From the NCBI GenBank assembly GCA_937930175.1, contig CALGLP010000016.1:1-53719 (forward strand): a stretch of 53,719 nucleotides of DNA, in the 5' to 3' direction. The DNA comes from an uncultured bacterium. GTDB taxonomy: Bacteria > Omnitrophota > Gorgyraeia > Zapsychrales > Aceulaceae. The position numbers were made by a program, and so were the translations under genes. Shown here piece by piece: positions 26,635 to 35,940 of this stretch. The notes beneath the pieces were generated by a model. That model saw only the letters and a list, made by a program, of their open reading frames with translations. It made no database searches and was not told where the DNA came from. Position 1 is the stretch's first letter; each line of letters opens with the position of its first letter.

Positions 26635-26988
26635 CTTCTTTTCGCAGGAACGCTCATCTTCCCCAGCGTGGAACATTTCGCTCGGTGTTCGGCTTCGCTC
26701 CTTTGCCCAAAGACAGGGCAAAGACCATGCCCGCGAAGCCAGCACAACGTCCTGCTCAAAGCAAGACAATCTCTTTGAGCGTTCTTCTTTGGCAACAGTC
26801 TAAAAGATCACCAAGGATTGAAAGGCGTGCTGGTATTGTCCTCTCGCGAGTTTCCGAAGTCGTCTGTTCTCATTAATTTTGCAGCGAGCAAAACAGATGA
26901 CGAAGGAATGTCTGAGCGAAGGATAATGCCAGCACGCCTCACACAAACAAGGACTTTTCCGGTAACATTTATTAATAAATCACAACGG
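26635..26988. repeat. Intergenic structured element, copy A (GC-richer, hairpin-rich; paralog of 39922-40208)
   Basis: Core 1 (26677-26740) has 4 mismatches in 64 nt against 39982-40045. Core 2 (26913-26979) has 8 mismatches in 67 nt against 40133-40199. Nested hairpin: ggcttcgc..ctttgccc-aaagac-agggcaaag..gcgaagcc. A long-range stem pairs 26823-26837 with 26925-26939, including one G-T pair that is a wobble only in plus-sense RNA. The six stop-poor overlapping ORFs in the track here reflect composition, not coding. Confidence 0.7.
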
Positions 26989-27008
26989 AATGATGCAACA
27001 ACGCCTTC

Positions 27009-27893
27009 CTACCCACCCGTAAGCTTTGAGAAGGTGTTGCCTTGCATGAATTGCAAGAGGACAGGACCGGCGACAAGGATACCGACCACGGGAAAGATGC
27101 AGAAAAGAAGGGGGATCAACATTTTTAAAGGAGCTTTAAGCGCAATTTGCTCTCCTCTTCGAAAACGCGAGATACGCATATCTTCAGAAATAATATTGAG
27201 CGCATCCGCAACCGATGTTCCCATGCGATCAGCCTGAACAAGAGCGCGCGTAAAGGTGGACAGGTCCGGCAGTTGATATTTGTTAGCAAAATCGGTCAAG
27301 GCATCGCGCCGAGGCTTCCCGACGTTGACCTCCTGCATGACCTGGTGTAATTCTTGGATGAGGATCGACGGAGTCGACTTCTCAACGACCCACTTAAGGG
27401 CCAAAAGAAAATCAAGCCCAGCGTTGACACAGAGGCTCAAAAGATCAATGGTGTCGGGAAGGTGGCGAATAATGGAATTTTTGATCTTCTGGATTTTCAT
27501 TCTTAGCAAAAACTCCGGCAAATAATACCCTAACCCGATCATCGTCACAAGCCATATCATGCGATTTTCAGGATCCGACATCGGATACGTAACAAAAAGC
27601 AGCGCCGCGATCAACACTTCTTTAAAAAGCAAGAAGGCTTCCGGGCTCCTCTCGTCGCGGGCAATGGCTAAGTCTTTGCGTATCCTCTCCCCCAGAGGCC
27701 CAATGCATAACGGCGCGTTAAAAAAGGCTATTGCGTTAAGCGGTGAAAATTTCTTTTTCTTTCTTTCTTCTTTAGGAAGCTCCTCGGCTAAAATGCGCAG
27801 GGTCGGACGCTCTTCCACTTTAATCAAAGAGAAAATCCCGGCAACCAAGGTAAAAGCGCAGAAGAAAACCAAGACAAGAATAAGGATGAGCAT
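27009..27893 (-). CDS. tadC: Tad pilus inner-membrane platform protein TadC (T2SS F-domain family)
   Basis: 294 aa. The T2SSF-like core reads LPDTIDLLSLCVNAGLDFLLALKWV...GKPRRDALTDFANKY..LSTFTRALVQADRMGTSVADALNIISEDMR, with TM helices at both ends. It lies directly downstream of tadB. Confidence 0.85.
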   Translation of the reverse strand: MLILILVLVFFCAFTLVAGIFSLIKVEERPTLRILAEELPKEERKKKKFSPLNAIAFFNAPLCIGPLGERIRKDLAIARDERSPEAFLLFKEVLIAALLFVTYPMSDPENRMIWLVTMIGLGYYLPEFLLRMKIQKIKNSIIRHLPDTIDLLSLCVNAGLDFLLALKWVVEKSTPSILIQELHQVMQEVNVGKPRRDALTDFANKYQLPDLSTFTRALVQADRMGTSVADALNIISEDMRISRFRRGEQIALKAPLKMLIPLLFCIFPVVGILVAGPVLLQFMQGNTFSKLTGG

Positions 27894-27896
27894 GGT

Positions 27897-28757
27897 TTAA
27901 AATTCTCCGATTGTACTAAATTTAATGATGAGCGTCGCGCCTATCACCTCAAGGCCGGCAGCAAGCATCAAAAGATTCCTTCCCGTTTCGGACTCCATCA
28001 TCACATCAAAATAATGCGGATTGCTGCTATAAACAAAAAACGCAAAGGCCACAGGCAGAAGCGACATGACAAATCCTTGAATTTTTCCTTGCAGGGTCAA
28101 GGTTTCGATATTCTGCTCGATTTTACGATTTTCCCGAATCGTTTGGATAATGCGATTGAAAATAATCGGTAAATTACCGCCTGTCTCCCGCGCCAGAAGG
28201 ACCGCAGAAATAAACTGCTGCAAGGCCGGGCTACCCATGCGGCTAAAAAGCCTATCAAAGGAAAGCTCAAGCGATACCCCCATTTTATTTTCACCAATTA
28301 AAATCGCAAACTCCTGGCTAATGGGATCGGGCATTTCATCAGCCACAACCTCCATAGCCTGCAGGAGGCTTAACCCCCCCTTTAAGCCGCTATTCATCAT
28401 CAACAACGCATCAATCAACTGTCCATTAAATTTTTTCTTTCGCTGCTTCACGAGAAAACGGATGTAAATGCTGGGGCCAATAAATCCCAAGATCACGCCT
28501 AAAAGAATACCAATAAAACGAAACTCTCTTGGGGCAAAAAGAAATCCCGCGGCCGCAAGGATAAACGGGGCTAAGGCATACATGACCACGGTTTGCTTTT
28601 TCTTAGCGCGGACAAACATCTCGTCCATCTTCGTTGCCAATTTTTCTGCCCGGCGCTGATTAAAGGCACGCACCAGGCCTAAAAAATCCGGCAAAAAGAA
28701 AAAGACAAAGCTGCTCACCGCAACAAAGGAAAGACCTAAGACAAAAATTTTCATCAT
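27897..28757 (-). CDS. tadB: Tad pilus inner-membrane platform protein TadB (T2SS F-domain family)
   Basis: 286 aa. Core motif: LIDALLMMNSGLKGGLSLLQAMEVVADEMPDPISQEF...FISAVLLARETGGNLPIIFNRIIQTIRENRKIE, with flanking TM helices. Confidence 0.85.
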   Translation of the reverse strand: MMKIFVLGLSFVAVSSFVFFFLPDFLGLVRAFNQRRAEKLATKMDEMFVRAKKKQTVVMYALAPFILAAAGFLFAPREFRFIGILLGVILGFIGPSIYIRFLVKQRKKKFNGQLIDALLMMNSGLKGGLSLLQAMEVVADEMPDPISQEFAILIGENKMGVSLELSFDRLFSRMGSPALQQFISAVLLARETGGNLPIIFNRIIQTIRENRKIEQNIETLTLQGKIQGFVMSLLPVAFAFFVYSSNPHYFDVMMESETGRNLLMLAAGLEVIGATLIIKFSTIGEF

Positions 28758-28776
28758 ATATTATTATCCAGAATTA

Positions 28777-31700
28777 TTACCAAGAATCTGGCGCGTCTTT
28801 ACAATCCACAAATTTGACACCAAAGGCAGGTGAATCATCATAGCCTATATTACGATAAAAGTACTCTGCACAAGAACGAGTTTCTATACCGCGCTTCAAA
28901 AGCCCTGTCAACAGATTCCAACACGCTATGTTTTCTACTGTTGGCTGATGTAACAGAATAGCACCGCCTTCTGCATTTGTGCCCCAAGCGCCAGGAACAA
29001 CCTCTGTCTCCATAATCTCCTGGCAAACATCGCCAATATCCTCCGGAGAGGCATTCGACGTCACGCCTGGATGGTCTGAACGAACCCTCCAAAAATCACT
29101 TGTAATAAACTTTAAAACAGAATTATCGTCTTCTTGGTCATAGCGAATAACGCGCGCCTTGGTCAAGCCACCCTTAAAACAACGCGAAGGATATTTATAA
29201 TTTGCCCCAAGCGTATCGTTTTGATGAGTACAAGTGCCATAGCCATCATAGTCAACAAGAAAATAGTACGGTGCAGTTTCAAACTCATCGGAAAGTATCT
29301 TCGGAATGCGTGGTTCTCTAGGACAATTGGCATTGTATGCAGCAGTGTTAGTACTTGGTATGGACACCCCATCATTGTCCGCGACACATGTTGTTCTTCG
29401 ACAATTATTATTGCACAACGTCGGTATCTTGGTCTCAGCCAAAACCACACGCCAAGGGCCGTTTTCGTATCCTGGTTTTGGCTTGTCCCGCCAAGCATAA
29501 ATCACCTGGCCATTGCCTCCAGCAGATCCTGATCCGGCATTTGGATCAAAATTTCGCAGGGCTTTAACCCGAGGATCATTAAGAAATCCATTGATCTTAT
29601 CCTTAGCAGTCTGGAGTTTTTCAAGGGCTTGATCCACTCGTCGGAAAATACCTCCCCAGCCATTGATCCCAAACAAATATTGCTTGCGATATAAAATCTT
29701 GGCCTGCCAGTTTTCAAGCTCAAACTTAAAATTGTAGGCCTTGGTGCCAGCTGGATCCCCATCACAACCCGTTGCCTGACCTGCATACAGGCCACTTGTT
29801 GGCGGAGGCTCTTGAAAGAAAAGATCCAGCCTGCCTTTAAGTTGTTCGCATATTGGCACATTGCCTAGACACGCATTAAGACAATAATCAATCTGTTCAA
29901 GAGTAGAATCATAACAAAATTCAAGATCACCGGCTGTACCAGTACACAAAGCATTTCCTGACGGATCAACAAAGTTCTTATTCTTAAAAGTGCTGAGAAC
30001 TTGCTCAATATTTTCAATAGAGGCAATCCATTGCTCAAGGCCTCCTGGATTAGCGGGATCGCCCACGCGAATCCATTGCTCAACATAGGGATACCAGCTA
30101 TCAAAAGTTTTTAAAAGCCACTCCGGCGAATACATAAAAATCTCAGAATCCGCAAAATTAATAAAATCATCTATTTTCTGCCCATACCCATATCGAAATA
30201 GCTCTACAGCATCATTTCGCCATTCGCCTTGATTAGCAGCCGCACCCCCTTGCCCATCCCCACCACAAACATCATCTGGCTTGCACGTGGCGCTTGATGC
30301 GCTACAACTCGCACAAGACGCATCACAATTCTTGCCAGGACAAATATTGTAAGGAAGGGTTCCGGTGGAACAGTATCTACTTGTCCCCTTTTTCCAAGAA
30401 AAAACAGGATAATCCGATTGATAACACATAGCATCATCGATTAAAGGAAGTTCCAATCCAACAGGGTCTAATTTTTTTGAAAAAGCTGGGTTACTCGTAG
30501 GAAAATAGTACGATGACCAACAAGCTTCTCGAGGATGAAAGTTTTCGTACTGAGGATGCTCGCAATGCATCCCCCGAGGAAGAACAAACTTAGGATAGGT
30601 TGTGTACACATCAAAGAAATACTGACACGAATCCGACGTCTTAATATTGCCTCCATTTGTATGCATCCCTGTCCAGAAACACTTCTGAAGATCGGTTTGC
30701 GCATACCCTTGAGGAACATTAGCGTCTGGCATCTTTAAGGTGTTAATATCCCATAATAACTTATAAAGGCCTGTGGCGTCAAAAGGATACCAATTTCCTG
30801 GATTGACCAGCTGAGCACTCCCATTAATAAAAAACTTCTTACTCTCATCGTCTCGGCCGATAAATTCACGAAAAGACTCAAAGCTAGTATTGGAAAAGCT
30901 TTCCCACGTTTTATCATAAATATATCGCCACGGGTCACTATTATTACTAGGACAATTTGGATCCAAGGGATTCTTAGAAGCATCGCATGTTACATCGCAC
31001 TCATTATGATAATACCCTGTCGCTGGACAAGCGCCAGGAATACTGGCATTTCCTTTATCCCACAAGCCCCAATCATCATCAGGAATCGGAACGGTTTCGA
31101 GATTAAATGTTCCACCTCCCTCAAACACAAACTCTGCTAACGCCCTTCTGAAGTTTTTCATGACAGGAGAATAGTCGTATTGTTTTTCGGCCAAAGCCAC
31201 AACCCTCTTGCTGTTAAGAACGCTAAATCGGCCGACTTTTTCTTTTTCACCCTGATCAGTGCCATCACCAACATAGTAACCATTCATATCGTAATCACCG
31301 TCATCTGGCAATAAAACAGGATCCATGGCTACGCCCCCAATAGCCGCGGTCAAGCCTTGTTGTCGAAGTTGTTCGTTCTGTTCAAGGCCTTCAAACATCC
31401 TATTCCATGCTCTAATGGCTTTGTCCTGCACGTGCATGCTCAGTCCCATGTCTGCTACACTCCCAGCAAAATTAACCCAGGCAGGACCAGCCAAAGGAGC
31501 TGCCCATTGCCCTCCAGGAACACACGATATAACTGTCAAGCCTGCGGCAACAACAAGATCTATAATCGCAGTTAACATTTTCTTAAACCATCCCTCACCT
31601 TTTAACGTCATCGCAGCCGGTCTCTCAAAACCACCACTATTGTGTTCATATTTGCCTCTAAAGCATTCTTGGAACTGTGTCTCTGCCACACTTGCAATAA

Positions 31701-31905
31701 GAGAGGCCATGGCAATGGCTGAGGTGTCTGACACAACTTGCAATAACGTCTTTTTTTGTGCTATTTTCCCTAGATTCATAACAACAGACAAAACAACAAG
31801 CAAAACAGCCAAAAACAAAACAAGGATAACAGCAATCTGCCCCTCCATGCTTTTCTTCTTGGCTCGCAAGCTAGGCTTCAATAGTTTATTTAAAGATTGA
31901 ATCAT
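28777..31905 (-). CDS. Very large TadG-like pseudopilin / putative tip adhesin, Cys-rich (1042 aa)
   Basis: The N-terminus MEGQIAVILVLFLAVLLVVLSVVMNLGKIAQKKTLLQVVSDTSAIAMA resembles the TadE/G-like N-terminal pilus-assembly motif. The rest is hydrophilic with dozens of Cys, many in CxxC-like clusters (CPGKNCDASCASCSASSATC). Confidence 0.6.
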   Translation of the reverse strand: MIQSLNKLLKPSLRAKKKSMEGQIAVILVLFLAVLLVVLSVVMNLGKIAQKKTLLQVVSDTSAIAMASLIASVAETQFQECFRGKYEHNSGGFERPAAMTLKGEGWFKKMLTAIIDLVVAAGLTVISCVPGGQWAAPLAGPAWVNFAGSVADMGLSMHVQDKAIRAWNRMFEGLEQNEQLRQQGLTAAIGGVAMDPVLLPDDGDYDMNGYYVGDGTDQGEKEKVGRFSVLNSKRVVALAEKQYDYSPVMKNFRRALAEFVFEGGGTFNLETVPIPDDDWGLWDKGNASIPGACPATGYYHNECDVTCDASKNPLDPNCPSNNSDPWRYIYDKTWESFSNTSFESFREFIGRDDESKKFFINGSAQLVNPGNWYPFDATGLYKLLWDINTLKMPDANVPQGYAQTDLQKCFWTGMHTNGGNIKTSDSCQYFFDVYTTYPKFVLPRGMHCEHPQYENFHPREACWSSYYFPTSNPAFSKKLDPVGLELPLIDDAMCYQSDYPVFSWKKGTSRYCSTGTLPYNICPGKNCDASCASCSASSATCKPDDVCGGDGQGGAAANQGEWRNDAVELFRYGYGQKIDDFINFADSEIFMYSPEWLLKTFDSWYPYVEQWIRVGDPANPGGLEQWIASIENIEQVLSTFKNKNFVDPSGNALCTGTAGDLEFCYDSTLEQIDYCLNACLGNVPICEQLKGRLDLFFQEPPPTSGLYAGQATGCDGDPAGTKAYNFKFELENWQAKILYRKQYLFGINGWGGIFRRVDQALEKLQTAKDKINGFLNDPRVKALRNFDPNAGSGSAGGNGQVIYAWRDKPKPGYENGPWRVVLAETKIPTLCNNNCRRTTCVADNDGVSIPSTNTAAYNANCPREPRIPKILSDEFETAPYYFLVDYDGYGTCTHQNDTLGANYKYPSRCFKGGLTKARVIRYDQEDDNSVLKFITSDFWRVRSDHPGVTSNASPEDIGDVCQEIMETEVVPGAWGTNAEGGAILLHQPTVENIACWNLLTGLLKRGIETRSCAEYFYRNIGYDDSPAFGVKFVDCKDAPDSW

Positions 31906-31927
31906 ATCTTTTTTCCTTAATAAAGCT

Positions 31928-32221
31928 TTATGGCGCCTTTATAAGCTCCCCGTTAAAAACTAGCTTCAAATCTGGAAGCTCTCCCGAAGGCCGCTCCAGC
32001 GCATTCCAGGCCCAGCCCCAAGTGTCCGCATTATCAGGAGCAGGATTGCTCTTAACCTCATCCTGCTCTAACCCTGGCCTGACAAGAGCAAATCCAACCC
32101 ATTGCATTGCCCTAACGCAACTATAAAAAATAAGGGCCACAATAACAAAAGAAAAAACAAATTCTAAGATGGCTTGGGCCTGCATTTTTTTACGTTGCAT
32201 TTCTTTCTTTTTTCCTGCCAT
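31928..32221 (-). CDS. TadE-like minor pilin (97 aa)
   Basis: The N-terminus KKMQAQAILEFVFSFVIVALIFYSC has a class-III (Flp/TadE) type leader plus a hydrophobic helix. Confidence 0.6.
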   Translation of the reverse strand: MAGKKKEMQRKKMQAQAILEFVFSFVIVALIFYSCVRAMQWVGFALVRPGLEQDEVKSNPAPDNADTWGWAWNALERPSGELPDLKLVFNGELIKAP

Positions 32222-32242
32222 TTTTTTCTCTTATAAAACCTA

Positions 32243-34042
32243 CTAATCCTTTGTTATAAACTTAACCCCTTTATTATCTTGCAAAATCGTACGCACATAA
32301 AGCATCTTTTCTCCATAATCAAAACACGTCTTCGTGAGATTGTCTTCTTCTTCACAGCAAGAGAGTTCTCCGCCAGAACCCGCACAAGAAACAATACCCT
32401 TGTTGTCATTCTCACAATAAGTCGGAAAAGACCATGGCACTCTGCTCCAATCACCCATCGGCTTACCGATATCATCAAGCGCATCTCGCATACAATCATT
32501 CAAGGCAGGAGGAACACAGCCGCAAAAGCATCCCGTATTGTTGCTTAACTGCACCTTACGCTCAATAATGTCCACAGAATGTCCTTCTTGTCGCGACTGA
32601 TATTGTGTCTTACCTTGACCGTCAGGACCTTGATCAATGGAAAGACTTCCAGAGGCAACAGTCCTAATCGTACTTTCTGTCCCCACGAGACCAGGCTTTG
32701 GCTTTCCGGCAATTTCATCTGATAAGTCATAGGTCATGTCCAAATCACCTGCCTGATAATCAACGCCACGAACACCAATGATTTTTGTTGCAAGAGAGCT
32801 TTTCCACTTTATCGCTTGATGCCAAGTTTGATCTTGCTCCGTTTCGGTAGTCAAAGACTTCCAGCCAGAAACTGGACCAAGATGCGGCCCCATTAAATTA
32901 ACATCAATAATAAATTCTTCCTTACCATCAAAATCTACATCTAAGCTTGACGCAGCACCCTCAGTCCACATACCAACACCAAAAGCTGACGCATGAACAG
33001 GAAGCCACTGCCACTGTTTATTTTGACGATCAGCAGGAGGAACAGGATCAGAAATCCACCCTCTTTTTAAATCCCAACGCATCGCCAACTCTTCTTGTGT
33101 AAAGCCATCAGCCTCACCGCCGCAATGTCTTGTGAAGTTAACAGGGTCGTAGGGGCTCCAATAGCCATAACAAAATTTCTTATCTGTTTTTGGAATCTTT
33201 TTAAAAAAAACAAGCTCGTCCTCACCGTTAGGAAAAGGCTGATAGCCAGACGGGATCCATTCTGTAACATCCCCAATCCACTGAGTAGTCCCATCATAAT
33301 ACCACTCTACTTGAAAATCATGAAACTTCATCCACAAAGAATAATTCAAGAAAGGGACAGAAGGGCTGAAGTTTCTCGCTGGTATATCGTTAGCCCACCC
33401 CTTCCATGTATATGGATCCATGGTGCCTGGAGCTACTGGACCTGCGTAACCTTTACTATTGGCCCCATGACCAATATACCCTATTCCGTTCATATTCAAA
33501 ATAGCCTCTGGCAATATTTCAAAACCAATGCCGGGGAGAGCATAAGTAATATTAGGCCCAGCTCCATATGTCCTAAATCCAGCGGTACGAAAAATAAAGT
33601 GCTGACCGTTAATGACCATATCAAACACAGGAATACTATTCCAATCACCCTGTCCAAATGTTTCTGGATATGTTAAGGGATAAGTCATCAAGCTTGAGAA
33701 GGACCCGCTGCCATAAGCCATAAACGGGGAGCGCATTGAAGATGCATATTTTTCCCCACCCTGAACAGTAGGTTTATCATTAATCACAAGCACGGAAGCC
33801 GTGCTTCGACTTGCAAAAGGAAGCCAATCATGAGCAGCACTTGAAACAGTAGACGTTTCCGCGGACAATTTTAAAGCTGTGCGCAACGCGTTGTACTGCG
33901 CGTTTTGATTATGCGCAAAAATAAACCCATAACGAATAATCAATCCTAGAATCATCAAAACAAGCCCACCCATGACCGCAAGCTCAATGATCGACTGGGC
34001 TTTTTGCTTTTTAAAATTTTGCTTTTGTCCTGCTTGTCTCAT
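32243..34042 (-). CDS. Large TadE-like pseudopilin (599 aa) with a Cys-rich C-terminus
   Basis: N-terminus: KKQKAQSIIELAVMGGLVLMILGLIIRYG. The C-terminal part contains GCFCGCVPPALNDC and SCAGSGGELSCCEEEDNLTKTC. Confidence 0.6.
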   Translation of the reverse strand: MRQAGQKQNFKKQKAQSIIELAVMGGLVLMILGLIIRYGFIFAHNQNAQYNALRTALKLSAETSTVSSAAHDWLPFASRSTASVLVINDKPTVQGGEKYASSMRSPFMAYGSGSFSSLMTYPLTYPETFGQGDWNSIPVFDMVINGQHFIFRTAGFRTYGAGPNITYALPGIGFEILPEAILNMNGIGYIGHGANSKGYAGPVAPGTMDPYTWKGWANDIPARNFSPSVPFLNYSLWMKFHDFQVEWYYDGTTQWIGDVTEWIPSGYQPFPNGEDELVFFKKIPKTDKKFCYGYWSPYDPVNFTRHCGGEADGFTQEELAMRWDLKRGWISDPVPPADRQNKQWQWLPVHASAFGVGMWTEGAASSLDVDFDGKEEFIIDVNLMGPHLGPVSGWKSLTTETEQDQTWHQAIKWKSSLATKIIGVRGVDYQAGDLDMTYDLSDEIAGKPKPGLVGTESTIRTVASGSLSIDQGPDGQGKTQYQSRQEGHSVDIIERKVQLSNNTGCFCGCVPPALNDCMRDALDDIGKPMGDWSRVPWSFPTYCENDNKGIVSCAGSGGELSCCEEEDNLTKTCFDYGEKMLYVRTILQDNKGVKFITKD

Positions 34043-34089
34043 CTTCTTTTCTTACATCCCTTGCTTTAACGCGCTCAACCCATTAGGCC

Positions 34090-34506
34090 TTAATCTTTAC
34101 ATTCGTTTGTTTCACATGCCGTAGCACAACACCATCGATCCCCTGCACCATAAGGAATCATAGGATTATTCGTTCTGCATTGATCCGCTGTGACGCCTTG
34201 AATGCTTCCATTAAACCCCTCTGCCGTACAATCTGAAGTACTGTCTTTATCCATACAACACGTATAACAAACTTGGCTATACCACAAATCCAACGTTACT
34301 TCACCCTCATCGTTATAAGACACATAGCGCCGACACTCCAACGTTTTTTGAGGATCGTACTGCTGGCCATGCGCAAAGCCATCGCCCATGGACTGCCAGC
34401 GTCCATAAAAAACGCGCGCAATTTGCTTTTGCATTACCAATATGGCCCCAAGAAATAAAACCACGAGGACCATATACTCCACCGTTGAAAAAGCCTTAGT
34501 TGTCAT
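34090..34506 (-). CDS. Flp/TadE-type pilin-like protein (138 aa), Cys-rich C-terminus
   Basis: N-terminus: MTTKAFSTVEYMVLVVLFLGAILVMQKQIARVFYGRW..QQYDP. Confidence 0.6.
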   Translation of the reverse strand: MTTKAFSTVEYMVLVVLFLGAILVMQKQIARVFYGRWQSMGDGFAHGQQYDPQKTLECRRYVSYNDEGEVTLDLWYSQVCYTCCMDKDSTSDCTAEGFNGSIQGVTADQCRTNNPMIPYGAGDRWCCATACETNECKD

Positions 34507-34509
34507 AGC

Positions 34510-34830
34510 TTAATCCTGAATCGTTGTTGTTCCCGTTTTTGTTTCTTGAGTATTACTTGTATCCGTGCGCATGGTCACCAGATTACCCGTTGCTAAATCC
34601 TCAACGGCTTCCATGATCGTCATTGAATTTGTGCTCATTGTTTCCACAATATGCTTAGTGCCCAAAGGATCATATTGCTCGCCAATGCTTTCCATGTTGG
34701 CTTTCCACTTGCCCTGAATACCTCGTTTAATATATTTCTGCATAGCTAAAAAAGCGCCCACAAGGATGACAAATAAAACAATAAACTCTAAAGCTGTCTG
34801 GGCTGTTGTTATTTTTAGAGAAATTTTCAT
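34510..34830 (-). CDS. Flp/TadE-type pilin-like protein (106 aa)
   Basis: N-terminus: TTAQTALEFIVLFVILVGAFLAMQKYIKRGIQGKW..EQYDP. Confidence 0.6.
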   Translation of the reverse strand: MKISLKITTAQTALEFIVLFVILVGAFLAMQKYIKRGIQGKWKANMESIGEQYDPLGTKHIVETMSTNSMTIMEAVEDLATGNLVTMRTDTSNTQETKTGTTTIQD

Positions 34831-34844
34831 ATTGTAACACTCTC

Positions 34845-35165
34845 CTACTGCTCCGTCGGTCCAAGATTTGTTAACGAAGTTGATGTTGAATTTGTTACTT
34901 CGCTTTCTATCTTTGTATATACCCCCTGCCCTTCATCCACAATCGGATTAGATATACGATTCACCGTGGCCACCACACGATTCAAATATCCTTTTTCTGG
35001 TTCTGCAGCCTGTTCGGCATCTTTCTGATACCCTAAAACATCTGCCACAGATTTTAAAACTTGCTGAACACTACGACTAAAGGCCGGCCCCATGGTCGCG
35101 AGGATAACTGCAATCAAGCTCGCAACAATCGCGTACTCCGCTAAACTCTGGCCTTTTTTCCGCAT
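34845..35165 (-). CDS. Flp-type pilin-like protein (106 aa)
   Basis: N-terminus: MRKKGQSLAEYAIVASLIAVILATMG, matching the Flp motif G-x4-EY followed by a hydrophobic helix. Confidence 0.65.
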   Translation of the reverse strand: MRKKGQSLAEYAIVASLIAVILATMGPAFSRSVQQVLKSVADVLGYQKDAEQAAEPEKGYLNRVVATVNRISNPIVDEGQGVYTKIESEVTNSTSTSLTNLGPTEQ

Positions 35166-35193
35166 GATCCTTTCCCTAACCTTAAAACCTTCT

Positions 35194-35577
35194 CTACTCT
35201 TCCATCAAAATCAAGTCTTGCGCCGGCAATTCCTGGGACACGCTATTGATCGCCATCAGCGTCTGACTACGAAGGGTATGGGTCGAACCTTCAATCAAAA
35301 CATTGGATTGAGCATTTGACATTGTTTCCGATGTCCTCGCCACATAATACGGCTCATATTCAGCGCGAATACCCTCATACGCTGTCCCACCTCGTTTTTC
35401 ATGAATATATTTAATATCATCATCCAAGGCCGTCAGCATATATCCTCGGGCGTCGTTCATTCTCGCGGCAAATCCCCTCTGCATAAAATACGTCATGCTC
35501 ATGATCGCCAGAATCACAAGCGAGATGGTGACCGTGTATTCGCCTAAGGATTGTGCCTTTTTTTTCATCCTTACCAT
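35194..35577 (-). CDS. Flp-type pilin-like protein (127 aa)
   Basis: N-terminus: MKKKAQSLGEYTVTISLVILAIMSMTYFMQRG. Confidence 0.6.
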   Translation of the reverse strand: MVRMKKKAQSLGEYTVTISLVILAIMSMTYFMQRGFAARMNDARGYMLTALDDDIKYIHEKRGGTAYEGIRAEYEPYYVARTSETMSNAQSNVLIEGSTHTLRSQTLMAINSVSQELPAQDLILMEE

Positions 35578-35604
35578 GCTTCACATTTTTTCAAGACGCC
35601 ATTG

Positions 35605-35907
35605 TTAATTAGCTGTTGTTGAATCTGAATTCGTAGTTGTTTTTTCAGGCGACAGCATCTTTGTTTTTGTACCCTGACTTGTTACTGTTTCGCTAGTATA
35701 GCTATCTGTATCCGTATTTTTACTGTATGTAGTCACGTCGGGCTCAAACTGTTCCGCGCTGATGTCGTCTGTGGACGATTTAATCTTTCCCATAATGCCG
35801 CGTTTTAAATACGTCTGAATGCTCAAAAGTGCTCCAATCACAACAACCGCCAAGACAGCATATTCGAGCGTGCTTTGCGCCATCTTTTTTCTTAACTTGA
35901 TCAACAT
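35605..35907 (-). CDS. Flp-type pilin-like protein (100 aa), cassette 1 gene c
   Basis: N-terminus: MLIKLRKKMAQSTLEYAVLAVVVIGALLSIQTYLKRGIMGKIKSSTDDISAEQFEP. A GGAGG Shine-Dalgarno lies upstream. It is a paralog of 36656-36976. Confidence 0.7.
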   Translation of the reverse strand: MLIKLRKKMAQSTLEYAVLAVVVIGALLSIQTYLKRGIMGKIKSSTDDISAEQFEPDVTTYSKNTDTDSYTSETVTSQGTKTKMLSPEKTTTNSDSTTAN

Positions 35908-35940
35908 CTCTTTCCTCCTTTATTTAAGTGGCTTACCGTT

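Noticed and set aside
26714-26740. CAGGGCAAAGACC...CGCGAAGCC in element A resembles the conserved GGCAAACC / ACGCAAAGC strings of the c-di-GMP-I (GEMM) riboswitch, which often controls pilus genes.
   Set aside because: The GGCAAAG here is the 3' arm of a hairpin with CTTTGCC. The P1 hairpin with a GNRA loop and the tetraloop-receptor helix are absent. The resemblance is limited to short strings, though a covariance-model scan would settle the question.
26566-27237. A cluster of overlapping 60-139-aa ORFs in all frames at 26566-27237.
   Set aside because: They coincide with the GC-richer, stop-poor structured element A and with the antisense strand of tadC. The translations are Arg/Ser/Pro-rich nonsense. 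The paralogous element B does not preserve any of these frames.
31325-33676. Plus-strand ORFs 31325-31900 (191 aa) and 33095-33676 (193 aa).
   Set aside because: They are antisense shadows inside the TadG-like and TadE-like genes and have no motifs.
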